Assembly (NCBI GenBank): GCA_035509895.1
Contig: DATKIA010000023.1
Coordinates: forward strand, 7-64,006
Length of the DNA stretch: 64,000 nt
Source: Solirubrobacterales bacterium
GTDB taxonomy: Bacteria > Actinomycetota > Thermoleophilia > Solirubrobacterales > 70-9
Direction: 5' to 3'
Shown one piece after another: positions 37,236 to 46,823 of the stretch (within the stretch, counting starts at the first letter, position 1; each line of letters starts with the position of its first letter). Both the position numbers and the translations under genes were made by a program. Under the pieces are notes generated by a model. It was not told where the DNA came from, ran no database searches, and worked only from the letters and a program-made list of their open reading frames with translations.

Positions 37236-39365
37236 CTAACCGGGGCTGACGCCACCGCCGACCGAGGGCGGTGGACCAGGATTCGATTCAGGCGTCGGCG
37301 GCGCTTCCTGAGCTTCTTCTTCGGCTTCCCCTTCTCCGCCTTCTTCGTCCTTTTCCGCCTTTTCCTTTTCCTTCGGTTCGTCTTCCGATTCTGCGGATTC
37401 TTCGGTTTCGTCTTCACTGCTGGCTTCGTAGGAAGAGCGGGTGTGATCCGTGCTCAGCGCTTCCAGTTCGGGCAGGCTGGTCGGTTCTTCGAAGTCGGGG
37501 CAGTTGTATTCCTGGGCCGCTTCCATGTAGGAGCGCCAGATCGGGCCCGCGGTGGGACCGCCGAAGCCGGTGTATTCGCGCGACTGCGGGTGGCCGACCC
37601 AGACGGCCGTCGAGAACATCGGCGTGTAGCCGACGAACCAGGCGTCGGACTCTTCCTCGGAGGTACCGGTCTTGCCGGCCTCCGAGCTGCAGCCCATGTA
37701 GGTGTAGCCGGCGCCGGTGCCCTGGGTGATGACGCCCTCGAGGATCCGCGTCACTTCCCAGGCCTGGCCCGGGGTGAGGACGCGTTCGCCCTCCTCGCTT
37801 TCAATCTCGTCGACCTTGCCGTTGGGGAATTCGACCCGGCTGATCGCGGTCGGGTCGTGGTGGACGCCACCGCTGGCGAGGGTCGCGTAGCCGTCTGCCA
37901 TTTCCAGCGGGCTGACGCCGTAGGCGAGACCGCCGATCGCCTCCGCCGGGACCGACTGCAGCGGCGATTCGATCCCCATTTCTTCGGCGGTTTCGGTCAC
38001 CGCTTCGGGGCCGACGTCGAGGTCGAGCTGGGCGAAGATGACGTTGACCGACTCCCAGGTCGCCTCTTCGAGCGACATCACGCCGCCGCCCGCCTCGGCA
38101 TTGTTGACAGTCCAAACGCCGCCGCCGGGGATGTCGAGGGTGATCGGCGAGGTGCCGTTGTAGTAAGTGGTGGCGGGATCGACGCCCTGCTTGATCGCGG
38201 TCGTCAGCACGTAGGTCTTGAATGAGGACCCCGGCTGGCGGTGCGCCTGCCAGGCGTAGTTGAACTGTTCTTCGCCTTCGGCGCCGGGACTCGAGGCGAG
38301 GGCGACGATCGCCCCCGTGTCCGGGTTGACCGAGGCAAGGCCGGCGGCCGGGCCGCCTTCGTAACAGACGTAGCAGGAGCCTTCGATCGCGGCTTCGGCC
38401 TTGGCCTGGAGGTCGGGATCGATCGTCGTGTAGGCCTTGAGGCCGCCGTTGCGGACGGTGTTGATCCCGTAGCGTTCGATCAGTTCGTTCTGGACCAGGT
38501 CGAAGAGGAACGGGTCCTTGATCACCTGGTACTTGTTGCCCGGTTCGAGGCCGAGCCCGTGGGTCTTCGCGTCGCGGTACTCGCTCGAGTCGATGTAGCC
38601 CTGTTCGTGCATCGCGTAGAGGACCTCGTTGCGGCGCTTGAGCGCCGCTTTCGGGTCGAGGAACGGGTTGTATTCGGACGGCGCCTGCGGCAACCCGGCG
38701 AGCAGCGCCGCCTCGGTCAGGTTCAGTTCCTTCGCCGGTTTCGAGAAGTAGGTCTGGGAGGCGGCCTCTGCCCCGACCGCGGTCTGCCCTTCGACCGTCC
38801 CGTAGGGGGCGGTGTTCAGGTACTGGGTCAGGATCCAGCTGCGATCGTGCGCTTCGAATAGATCTTCGGCGAGATGGGCTTCGACGATCTTGCGGTGGAG
38901 GGTGTCTTCGGGATTGTGGATGTAGAGGTTTCGGACCAGCTGCTGGGTGATCGTCGAGGCGCCCTGAACCGGCTTGAAGCCGGCGCTGATGTCCTCGATC
39001 ACAGCGCGGCCGATGCCTTCGAAATCGAGCGCGCCGTGCTGGTAGAAGTTCTTGTCCTCGATCGCGATCGTCGCGTTTTTGAGGTCATCGGGGAGCGAGG
39101 CGGCCGGGACCGGCTGGCGCACGTTGTCGGAGCGGATGAACCCGATCAGGCTGCCGTCGGCCGCGTAGATCGCCGAGGAGCGGCCCTTCTGGACCGGCTT
39201 CAGGCTCGAGAGCGGCGGCGCCGAGTTGTAGATGTTCAGCCCCCAGGCCGCGGCGATGCCGCCGGCAACCAGGCCCGCGACGAGCAGCACCCCGAGCGGG
39301 ATCGCGATCTTGGTCCAGACGCGGTGCTGCGTCCGGCGCCGCCGCCTGCGCATTCGAGAGGACAT
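37236..39365 (-). CDS. ponA: Bifunctional class A penicillin-binding protein (transglycosylase/transpeptidase) with acidic C-terminal tail
   Basis: Start at ATG 39365 (MSSRMRRRRRR + TM). GT51 motifs are IEDKNFYQHGALD and GASTITQQL. Transpeptidase motifs are SSFK, SVN and KTGTS. Low-complexity E/K/P-rich tail. Confidence 0.9.
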   Translation of the reverse strand: MSSRMRRRRRRTQHRVWTKIAIPLGVLLVAGLVAGGIAAAWGLNIYNSAPPLSSLKPVQKGRSSAIYAADGSLIGFIRSDNVRQPVPAASLPDDLKNATIAIEDKNFYQHGALDFEGIGRAVIEDISAGFKPVQGASTITQQLVRNLYIHNPEDTLHRKIVEAHLAEDLFEAHDRSWILTQYLNTAPYGTVEGQTAVGAEAASQTYFSKPAKELNLTEAALLAGLPQAPSEYNPFLDPKAALKRRNEVLYAMHEQGYIDSSEYRDAKTHGLGLEPGNKYQVIKDPFLFDLVQNELIERYGINTVRNGGLKAYTTIDPDLQAKAEAAIEGSCYVCYEGGPAAGLASVNPDTGAIVALASSPGAEGEEQFNYAWQAHRQPGSSFKTYVLTTAIKQGVDPATTYYNGTSPITLDIPGGGVWTVNNAEAGGGVMSLEEATWESVNVIFAQLDLDVGPEAVTETAEEMGIESPLQSVPAEAIGGLAYGVSPLEMADGYATLASGGVHHDPTAISRVEFPNGKVDEIESEEGERVLTPGQAWEVTRILEGVITQGTGAGYTYMGCSSEAGKTGTSEEESDAWFVGYTPMFSTAVWVGHPQSREYTGFGGPTAGPIWRSYMEAAQEYNCPDFEEPTSLPELEALSTDHTRSSYEASSEDETEESAESEDEPKEKEKAEKDEEGGEGEAEEEAQEAPPTPESNPGPPPSVGGGVSPG

Positions 39366-39455
39366 TCGGAGGAAATTGTAGAGAGGGGGTGTCGGGTCCG
39401 ACCCGCTTTCTAGGCTCGTGAGAGAGCGGTTTCGTTTAGGGAGAGGGGAGAAAAA

Positions 39456-39809
39456 GTGAAACTCGTGATCGGGATCGTCCGTCCCGAGCAGGCAAACGAG
39501 GTGCTGGAGGCGCTTTACCGCGCCGAGGTCCGGGGCTTCTCGATCAGCCGGGTCCAGGGCCACGGCGGCGAGCTCGACCGGGTCGAGACCTACCGCGGTA
39601 CGACCGTGAAGATGGGTCTTTCGGAGAAGGTCCGGTTCGAGATCGCGGTCTCGGACCCGTTCGTGCAGACGACGATCGACGCCCTCCGCGAAGGCGCCCG
39701 TACCGGCGACGTCGGCGACGGCAAGATCTTCGTCCTGCCGCTCGAGCAGGCGGTGCGGATCCGCACCGGCGACACCGACCACGGCGCGGTCACGCCGGTG
39801 GGCAAATGA
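39456..39809 (+). CDS. glnK: P-II family nitrogen regulatory protein (GlnK/NrgB-like)
   Basis: 117-aa ORF with MKLVIGIVRP...GFSISRVQGHGGE...ETYRG...GDGKIFVLPLEQAVRIRTG. An ATGA overlap couples it to the amt gene. Confidence 0.85.
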   Translation: MKLVIGIVRPEQANEVLEALYRAEVRGFSISRVQGHGGELDRVETYRGTTVKMGLSEKVRFEIAVSDPFVQTTIDALREGARTGDVGDGKIFVLPLEQAVRIRTGDTDHGAVTPVGK

Positions 39810-41116
39810 GTGGGCTGGGGCTGTCGGCGGCGGTCGCCGGGATCGACACCGGGGACACCGCCTGGATGCTGGTGGCGACGGCGCTGGTGCTGATGATGAC
39901 GCCGGCGCTGGGCCTCTTCTACGCGGGGCTCGTGCGCTCCAAGAACACCCTCAACACGTTCATGATGTGCGTCGCCGCGATCGCGGTCGCGGCCGTAACC
40001 TGGGCCGCGGTCGGCTACTCGCTGGCCTTCGACGGCGACGGCAGCATCATCGGCGGCTTCGGCAACGCCTTCCTCAGCGGCGTCGACTTCGCGCCCCGCG
40101 AAGGGACGACGATCCCGGAGCTGGTCTTCTTCGCCTTCCAGGCGACCTTCTGCATCATCACCGTCGCCCTCGTCTCCGGCGCGGTCGTCGAGCGGATGCG
40201 GTTCGGGCCGTTCCTCGTCTTCGCCGCGCTGTGGTCGGTGCTGGTCTACGCGGTCCTCGCCCACTGGGCCTTCGGCGGCGGCTGGCTGATGGCCGGCGGC
40301 ACCCTCGACTTCGCCGGCGGCGTCCCGGTCGAGATGGGGTCGGGCTTCTCGGCCCTGGCGGCGGCGCTCGTCGTCGGCGCCCGCAAGGACTACGGCCGCC
40401 AGGCCCTCCTCCCTCACAACGCGATCTACGTCCTGCTCGGCGCCGGCCTGCTCTGGTTCGGCTGGTTCGGTTTCAACGGCGGCAGCGGCTTCTCGACCGG
40501 CGATCCGAGCGTGCTCGCCTTCACCAACACGCTGCTCTGTCCCGCCTGCACGCTGGTCGTCTGGTTCGCTCTCGACCTCCTGCGCGGGCGCAAGGTGACC
40601 GCGATCGGGGCGGCAACGGCGATCGTCGTCGGCTGCGTCGCGATCACCCCGGCCGGCGGCTACGTCAGCCCCGGCTGGGCGATGCTGCTCGGCGCCCTGG
40701 CGGCGCTGCCGAGTTACGCGGTGATCGTCTGGCGGACCCGGACCGGGGTCGACGAGACGCTCGACGTGCTCGCCGCCCACGGCACCGCGGGCCTGTTCGG
40801 AATCCTCTTCATCGGCTTCTTCGCCGAGACCGCCTGGAACGGGGTCTCCGACGGGCTCTTCTACGGCAACGCTGCCCAGCTCGGCGACCAGGCGCTGGCG
40901 GCGCTCGCCGCGCCGGCCTACGCCTTCATCGCCACCTACGTGCTGCTGCGCGTGATGGGAGCGGTGATGCCGCTGCGGGCCAGCGCCCGCGACGAGGCGC
41001 TGGGCATGGACGTGATCCAGCATGGCGAGGAGGCTTACGTGACCGGCGAGGGCGCGATCCTGGTCATGCCCGACGACGACGGGGCCGTGGAGCGGCCGGT
41101 TGCGAACCCCGCCTGA
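39806..41116 (+). CDS. amt: Ammonium transporter (Amt family)
   Basis: 436-aa ORF with DTAWMLVATALVLMMTP..GLFYAG, FQATFCIITVALVSGAVVERM and DFAGGVPVEMGSG, and about 11 TM segments. Confidence 0.92.
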   Translation: MSGLGLSAAVAGIDTGDTAWMLVATALVLMMTPALGLFYAGLVRSKNTLNTFMMCVAAIAVAAVTWAAVGYSLAFDGDGSIIGGFGNAFLSGVDFAPREGTTIPELVFFAFQATFCIITVALVSGAVVERMRFGPFLVFAALWSVLVYAVLAHWAFGGGWLMAGGTLDFAGGVPVEMGSGFSALAAALVVGARKDYGRQALLPHNAIYVLLGAGLLWFGWFGFNGGSGFSTGDPSVLAFTNTLLCPACTLVVWFALDLLRGRKVTAIGAATAIVVGCVAITPAGGYVSPGWAMLLGALAALPSYAVIVWRTRTGVDETLDVLAAHGTAGLFGILFIGFFAETAWNGVSDGLFYGNAAQLGDQALAALAAPAYAFIATYVLLRVMGAVMPLRASARDEALGMDVIQHGEEAYVTGEGAILVMPDDDGAVERPVANPA

Positions 41117-41141
41117 GGGCACGAAGCCGGGAGACGATGCG

Positions 41142-41462
41142 ATGCCAATCGAGCACGTCCAGGTCCTGACCACGGTCGGCTCCGAGCAGGAGGCGGAGCT
41201 GGTTGCGAGCTCCCTGGTCGAGGCGAAACTCGCCGCCTGCGTCCAAATCGCCGGCCCGGTCCGCAGCCGCTACCGCTGGCAGGGCGCGATCGAGGAGGCG
41301 AGCGAGTGGCAGTGCACGGTGAAGACGACGACAGCGGCCTATCCCCAGGTCGAGGCGGCAATCCGCAGCCTGCACTCCTACGAGGAGCCCGAGATCATCG
41401 CCACCCCGATCGTCGCCGGCTCCCCCGGCTACCTCGCCTGGATCGACGACAACGTCGAGTGA
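41142..41462 (+). CDS. cutA: Divalent-cation tolerance protein CutA
   Basis: Start ATG 41142. LAACVQIAGPVRSRYRWQGAIEEASEWQCTVKT...HSYEEPEIIATPI is typical of CutA1. Confidence 0.85.
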   Translation: MPIEHVQVLTTVGSEQEAELVASSLVEAKLAACVQIAGPVRSRYRWQGAIEEASEWQCTVKTTTAAYPQVEAAIRSLHSYEEPEIIATPIVAGSPGYLAWIDDNVE

Positions 41463-41496
41463 TGTATTTGCCAGACCCTGGCGTGGCAAATACATC
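41461..41496 (+). terminator. 13-bp perfect stem-loop overlapping the cutA stop codon
   Basis: GATGTATTTGCCA (41461-41473) pairs with TGGCAAATACATC (41484-41496). There is no U-tract, so this would be an I-shaped terminator type. Confidence 0.4.
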
Positions 41497-41506
41497 GAGC
41501 GCCTAA

Positions 41507-41668
41507 GAGGGATTGGCGAAACCCGCGTCTGCGATCCGGCGAGCGCCGGACCAAGCGGGGCAAGGACGCAGGGAGGCCGAATAGCAGCGCTATTCGGCCG
41601 ACTGAGGACGCCGCACCGCGCCGTGTCCGCCGCCGCCCGGGCGCGGGCGGGGGTTTCGCCAATCCCTC
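41507..41668. mobile_element. MITE-like element: 18-bp perfect terminal inverted repeats, CTAA direct duplication, internally hairpin-rich
   Basis: GAGGGATTGGCGAAACCC (41507-41524) is the exact reverse complement of 41651-41668. CTAA flanks both ends (41503-06 and 41669-72). Internal perfect hairpins lie at 41535-41550 and 41575-41599. No ORF. Confidence 0.55.
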
Positions 41669-42447
41669 CTAAGCGCGCAGTTTGTAGCCGCTGCTGAACA
41701 GCCGCAGATTGATCGCGAAGAGGACGGCGGTGGCGAAGGCGAGGGCCGCCAACGCCAGCGGAATGCTGATTTCGGAGTAGCCGACAAAGCCGTAGCGGAC
41801 CAGGGAGATCATGTAGAAGATCGGGTTGAAGCGGGTCAGCGTCTCCCACGGCTGCGGCAGCAGCGAGGCCGAGTAGAAGACGCCGCCGAGGAAGATCAGC
41901 GGCTGCAGGATGAAGGTCTGGGCGAAGGCGACGTCGTCGAACTGCTCGGCCCGGACCCCGATCAGCACCCCGAGCTGGGAGAAGAAGAACCCGACCAGGA
42001 ACAGGGCCGGGATCAGAACCAGGACGTGGTCGACCGGGAGGCCGACGAGGACGACCGAGACGACGAAGGTGATCGTCGCCACCATCAGGCCGCGGACGAA
42101 ACCGCCGAGCGAGAGCGCCAGCAGCAGCTCGGCCGGCGATGCCGGCGAGGAGAGCTGATCCTGGATCGCCCCCTGGAACTTCTGCTGGAGGATCGAGGAG
42201 GAGTTGTTGGTGAAGGCGTTGGTCGCCAGCGCCATCATGATCAGGCCGGGAATGACGAAGAGGATGTATTCGATCCCGTGCAGCTGCTTGATCCGCGAGC
42301 CGAGGGCGGCGCCGAAGACGGTGATGTAGAGGAAGGTTTCGAGCAGCGGCCCGCCCAGGGTCTGTTTCTTGATCTTCATGAAGCGGTTGACCTCGCGGCG
42401 CCAGAGCGTCGCGAAGCGGATCTGACCGGTGGTCATCGAGAAGCCGC

Positions 42448-42451
<4 letters not shown>
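41669..42451 (-). CDS. ABC-2 type transporter permease
   Basis: Coding part of ORF 41669..43078, starting at ATG 42451 (MSGFSMTTGQIRFATLWRREV). 260 aa with 6 TM segments. ATGA overlap with the upstream ATPase. Confidence 0.8.
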
Positions 42452-43236
<785 letters not shown>

Positions 43237-43250
43237 CCCTAGTGAGGCGT

Positions 43251-44554
43251 CTACTTCGGCAGGCGAACGACGCGGAAGCTGCGTTTGGCCGGCGTTTCGT
43301 CGCTGACCCCGCCGAGCGCGGCCTTGACTTCGAACCGGTACCGACCGGGACCCAGCCTCAGTTTCTTCGGCGACTTGCAGGTTTTGAAGGCGGGCACTTT
43401 CGACCCTTTGGCCTTCTTCGCGCCTTTCTTTACCAGCTTCTGAACCCGGCAGAGGAAGGTGGCGCCGGCGTCCGGAGAGCTGAACCGGAAGCTGACCTTG
43501 GCCTTCTTGTGGGTCGTCTTGATCACGCCTTTGGGACCTTTGTCGATCTTGGTGCGGGGTTTCGTGACCGGCGGCGGGGGTGGTGGCGGTCCGACCGGGG
43601 GTTCGAGACCGACGACGCGACCGACTTTCTCGGTCATGTCGAGGGTGACCCAGAGGGTGTTGCCCGGGCCCGGCGCGACCTGGCGCGGGAACGAGCCTTT
43701 GGCGAACCCGCCGAGCTGGGTGAGCTGGCCGCTCGGCGTCAGTCGGGCGAGACCGTCATTGGCGGACATCGCGAACCAAAACGCCCCGTCGATTCCGTAG
43801 GCGGCGCCGAACGGGTCGCCGACGCCGCCCGGGGTTTCGACCAGCGGCAGCAGGGTCGGCGGCGAGATCAGCCCCACCTGCTCCGGGGCGTTGCTCTGCT
43901 GGGAGAAGCCGATCATCCCGTTCGGCGCCCCGGCCACGCCCTGGGGTTTGCCAGGGAGTTTGTACGTGCCGACGACGGCGCCGGCGGTGTCCAGGGTGAC
44001 GATCCGCGGTTCGTTGCTGGCGTCCGCGACCGCCAACAGCGAGCCGGCGACGTCGATGTCCTTGGGATCGAGACCGGCCACCGGGAACGCTTTGAAGGTT
44101 TTCGGTTCGCTGGCCTGGATTCGCAGGACGTTCCCGTTCGTCGCCACCCACATGTTGTTGTCCGGGCCGCGCACGATCGAGTGCGCGGTGCCAATTTCGA
44201 TGTTGTCGGTGGGGTCTTTCGTCAGCACTGGATTCATCGGGTCGAACCTCGTCGTCCCCCCGTTGCGAGTAATCCAGTCCAGCCTTCGGGGCCGACGGCG
44301 ATGCCGGCGGCGGTGATCGCTCCCACGTCGTAGGGGGTGACAACCCCGGTCGGCGTGACTTTCGCGACGTCTTTGCCGGCCTCGGAGACCGTCAGCCACA
44401 TGTTGCCGTCAGGCCCAGCGACGATCTTGTCGTTGGCTTCGATTTCCGGGACCGTGAATTCGCCGTTCACCGCGGGCGCCGCCACGGCCGGTGCCGCGGC
44501 GAACAGCGCCAGCGCGGCGGCGAGGACGGCGATTGAAAAGGCTCTCCCCGGCAT
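43251..44554 (-). pseudogene. Secreted Vgb-like beta-propeller protein with Pro-linker and Lys-rich Ig-like tail, interrupted by a frameshift
   Basis: ORF 44234..44554 carries the signal peptide and first repeats (IVAGPDGNMWLTV, GIAVGPEG). ORF 43251..44399 continues the same repeats (LDWITRNGG, VRGPDNNMWVAT, YGIDGAFWFAM, GPGNTLWVTL) in another frame. The switch lies near 44273-44290. Confidence 0.65.
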
Positions 44555-44619
44555 CTGCGCCAGTGTAAACGCGGCGCGGGAGCCGCGAGTTCATTTCGCG
44601 GACGCATAGGCTGGGAGAG

Positions 44620-45483
44620 ATGAGTGGGCCACTCCTCGCGGTCGACGCGCCCTCGATGCTGTTCCGCGCCTTCTACGCGCTGCCGAAGACGATCACCGGC
44701 GCCGACGGCAAGCCCGTCAACGCGCTGTTGGGCGCGGCGAACCTGATCCTGCGCGAGGTCGAAGTCCACCATCCGCGCGCCGTCGTCCTCTGCTTCGGCC
44801 CCGATGCCGCCGCCTACCGGGTTGAGCTCTACCCGAGCTACCACGAGAGCCGCGAGGAGGAAATGCCGGACGAGCTGCCGCACCAGTTCGCCGCCTCGCG
44901 CGAGTTCTTCGAGGCCTTTGGCTGGACCGTCGCGAGCAGCGGCGACCTCGAGGCCGACGACCTGCTCGGCACCTACGCGCAGCGCGAGGCGGAGGCCGGC
45001 GGCCACGCTCTGCTGCTGACCGGCGACCGCGACATGTACCAGTGCGCCGGCGAGGGGGTGACGGTCCTCTACGTCCGTACCGGTGGCAAAGGGGCCGAAG
45101 AGGTGGGGCCGGAGGAGGTGCGCGAGCGCTACGGAATCGGCCCCGAGCTGGTGCCGGACTTCATCGCGCTCCGCGGCGACCCCTCCGACGGCCTGCCCGG
45201 GGCCAAGGGGGTCGGCCCGAAAACGGCAGCGGAGCTGCTGCGCAAACACGGCTCCCTGGAGGGGATCCTCGACAACGCGATCCGCGAGCAGCGGCCGAAA
45301 CTGCGGGCGGCGTTGATCGAAGGGCGCGACGACCTGCTCGCCTTCAAGGACATCGCGACCCTGCGCGACGCCGGCGTCGACCCTCCCGCCGACCGCGCCA
45401 CCGACTGGGCCGGAGCCGCGGCCGCCGCCCGCGATCGCGGCATGAACCGCCTCGCCGAGCGGCTCGAAGCGGCAGCGGGCTGA
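44620..45483 (+). CDS. 5'-3' exonuclease / FEN-like (Pol I N-terminal domain homologue)
   Basis: 287-aa ORF with LLAVDAPSMLFRAFYAL, LLLTGDRDMYQC and an H3TH region (DFIALRGDPSDGLPGAKGVGPKTAAELL). Confidence 0.88.
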   Translation: MSGPLLAVDAPSMLFRAFYALPKTITGADGKPVNALLGAANLILREVEVHHPRAVVLCFGPDAAAYRVELYPSYHESREEEMPDELPHQFAASREFFEAFGWTVASSGDLEADDLLGTYAQREAEAGGHALLLTGDRDMYQCAGEGVTVLYVRTGGKGAEEVGPEEVRERYGIGPELVPDFIALRGDPSDGLPGAKGVGPKTAAELLRKHGSLEGILDNAIREQRPKLRAALIEGRDDLLAFKDIATLRDAGVDPPADRATDWAGAAAAARDRGMNRLAERLEAAAG

Positions 45484-45486
45484 GCC

Positions 45487-45523
45487 TGTCGAGTTTGTTC
45501 CCACAGGGGAAACAAACTCGACA
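45487..45523. terminator. Bidirectional stem-loop between convergent genes
   Basis: TGTCGAGTTTGTT (45487-45499) pairs perfectly with AACAAACTCGACA (45511-45523), and CCC/GGG extends the stem. It begins 4 nt after the exonuclease stop. Confidence 0.45.
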
Positions 45524-45533
45524 AGCACCACCC

Positions 45534-45779
45534 CTAGGGACGGCTCGATTCCGCGCGCAGCGCCGCGACCAGGCCCCACCCCGAGACGATTGCCCAGACG
45601 CTCTCGAGCAGGACGAAGCCCCACTGGGACTCGATCAGCGCCAGGACGGCGAGAATCGCCGAGCCGGCCAGGTTGAGGGCGAGGTAGACGCGCGAATCGG
45701 GCCGCATCCGTTCCACCTGCACGGCGGTAAAGGCCGCAAGGATCAGCAGCGCGCCGACGATCTGGATCACCTGGTCCAT
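45534..45779 (-). CDS. Small membrane protein (3 TM), hypothetical
   Basis: Coding part of ORF 45534..46124, starting at ATG 45779 (MDQVIQIVGALLILAAFTAVQ...). 81 aa. Confidence 0.55.
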   Translation of the reverse strand: MDQVIQIVGALLILAAFTAVQVERMRPDSRVYLALNLAGSAILAVLALIESQWGFVLLESVWAIVSGWGLVAALRAESSRP

Positions 45780-45838
45780 GGCCGCCGACACTAGCCGGGA
45801 GCGGCGGCAGGCAGCGGCCGGGCAGGTACGGTGGCGGC

Positions 45839-46678
45839 ATGCCTCCGGCCACGATCCCATGGCGCGGGCCGGGCGGCGACCGGCCCGACCTGCCCCTCCC
45901 CCCCGGCCCGATGCCGCTGCGCTGCGCCGGTCAGACCCGCAAGCGCTGGCGCTACGTCGGCCTCTTCGCCGAGGAGCTGATGCTGTGCGCCGCCCGCGCC
46001 CAGATCGGGCCGCTGACCCAGTCGTTCTGGGTGCTCTGGGATCGCGGCGAGCGGCACGCCGCCGACCACACGGCCCTGCGCCCCGGTAGCCGTGAGGTGC
46101 AGATGGACGGGCCGCGGATCGCAATCGCGGCGCGCGGCCTGCGCGCCGACCTGCACCTCGGCGAGGCGATTCCGATCGAATCGATCTGCCCCAGCGGCAG
46201 CGGTTGGGGCTGGACCCGCAAGCGCGCCGGGATGCCGATCACGGGCACGGTCGAGATCGCGGGCCGGCGCCTCGAGGTCGCCGGCCACGGCGTCGACGAC
46301 GAGTCGGCCGGCTACCACCAGCGGCACACGAGCTGGCGCTGGTCGGCCGGGGTCGGCGAGGCCGCCGACGGCCGGCCGCTGGCCTGGAACCTGGTCGAGG
46401 GTGTCAACGACCCACCCGAGCACAGCGAGCGGGCGATCTGGATCGCGGGCGAGCCCTACGAGCCACCCCCGGTCCACTTCGACGGCGTCGCCGCAATCGA
46501 TTTCGCCGCCGGCACCCGCCTCGATTTCAGCCCCGAATCGGCCCATGCCCGCGACGACAACTACCTCCTCGTCCGCTCCCGCTACCGCCACAACTTCGGC
46601 ACCTTCCGCGGCTCCCTCGACGGCGTCGAGCTCGCCACCGGCCTCGGCGTGATGGAGGAACACGACGCCGTCTGGTGA
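45839..46678 (+). CDS. Conserved hypothetical protein (DUF2804-like)
   Basis: 279-aa ORF with good GC3 bias. The motif GYHQRHTSWRWSAG recalls DUF2804. The assignment is from memory only. Confidence 0.5.
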   Translation: MPPATIPWRGPGGDRPDLPLPPGPMPLRCAGQTRKRWRYVGLFAEELMLCAARAQIGPLTQSFWVLWDRGERHAADHTALRPGSREVQMDGPRIAIAARGLRADLHLGEAIPIESICPSGSGWGWTRKRAGMPITGTVEIAGRRLEVAGHGVDDESAGYHQRHTSWRWSAGVGEAADGRPLAWNLVEGVNDPPEHSERAIWIAGEPYEPPPVHFDGVAAIDFAAGTRLDFSPESAHARDDNYLLVRSRYRHNFGTFRGSLDGVELATGLGVMEEHDAVW

Positions 46679-46682
46679 CCCT

Positions 46683-46736
46683 CCACCGAGGTTGCCTTTT
46701 ACCCACCTATAGAGGCGGAAAAGGCAACCTCGGTGG
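46683..46736. repeat. Palindromic intergenic element, copy 2 (18-bp perfect stem)
   Basis: CCACCGAGGTTGCCTTTT (46683-46700) pairs perfectly with AAAAGGCAACCTCGGTGG (46719-46736). The loop ACCCACCTATAGAGGCGG is homologous to copy 1 at 3652-3702. It starts 5 nt after a stop codon. Confidence 0.7.
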
Positions 46737-46823
46737 ATTGGCGTGAGAGGACTTGAACTTTTGCGCTCGGAGGAGGACTATTTCCGGCCGCCGTCCGGCG
46801 GGCAGGACTGAAGGAGGCTGCTG

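Noticed and set aside
37232-37417. Lys/Arg-rich N-terminal extension (KTKPKNPQNRKTNRRKRKRRKRTKK...) of ORF 36953..37417
   Set aside because: It is simply the antisense reading of the Glu/Lys-rich acidic tail of PBP1A. The HAD-like frame has a sensible TTG start at 37231, just after the PBP stop.
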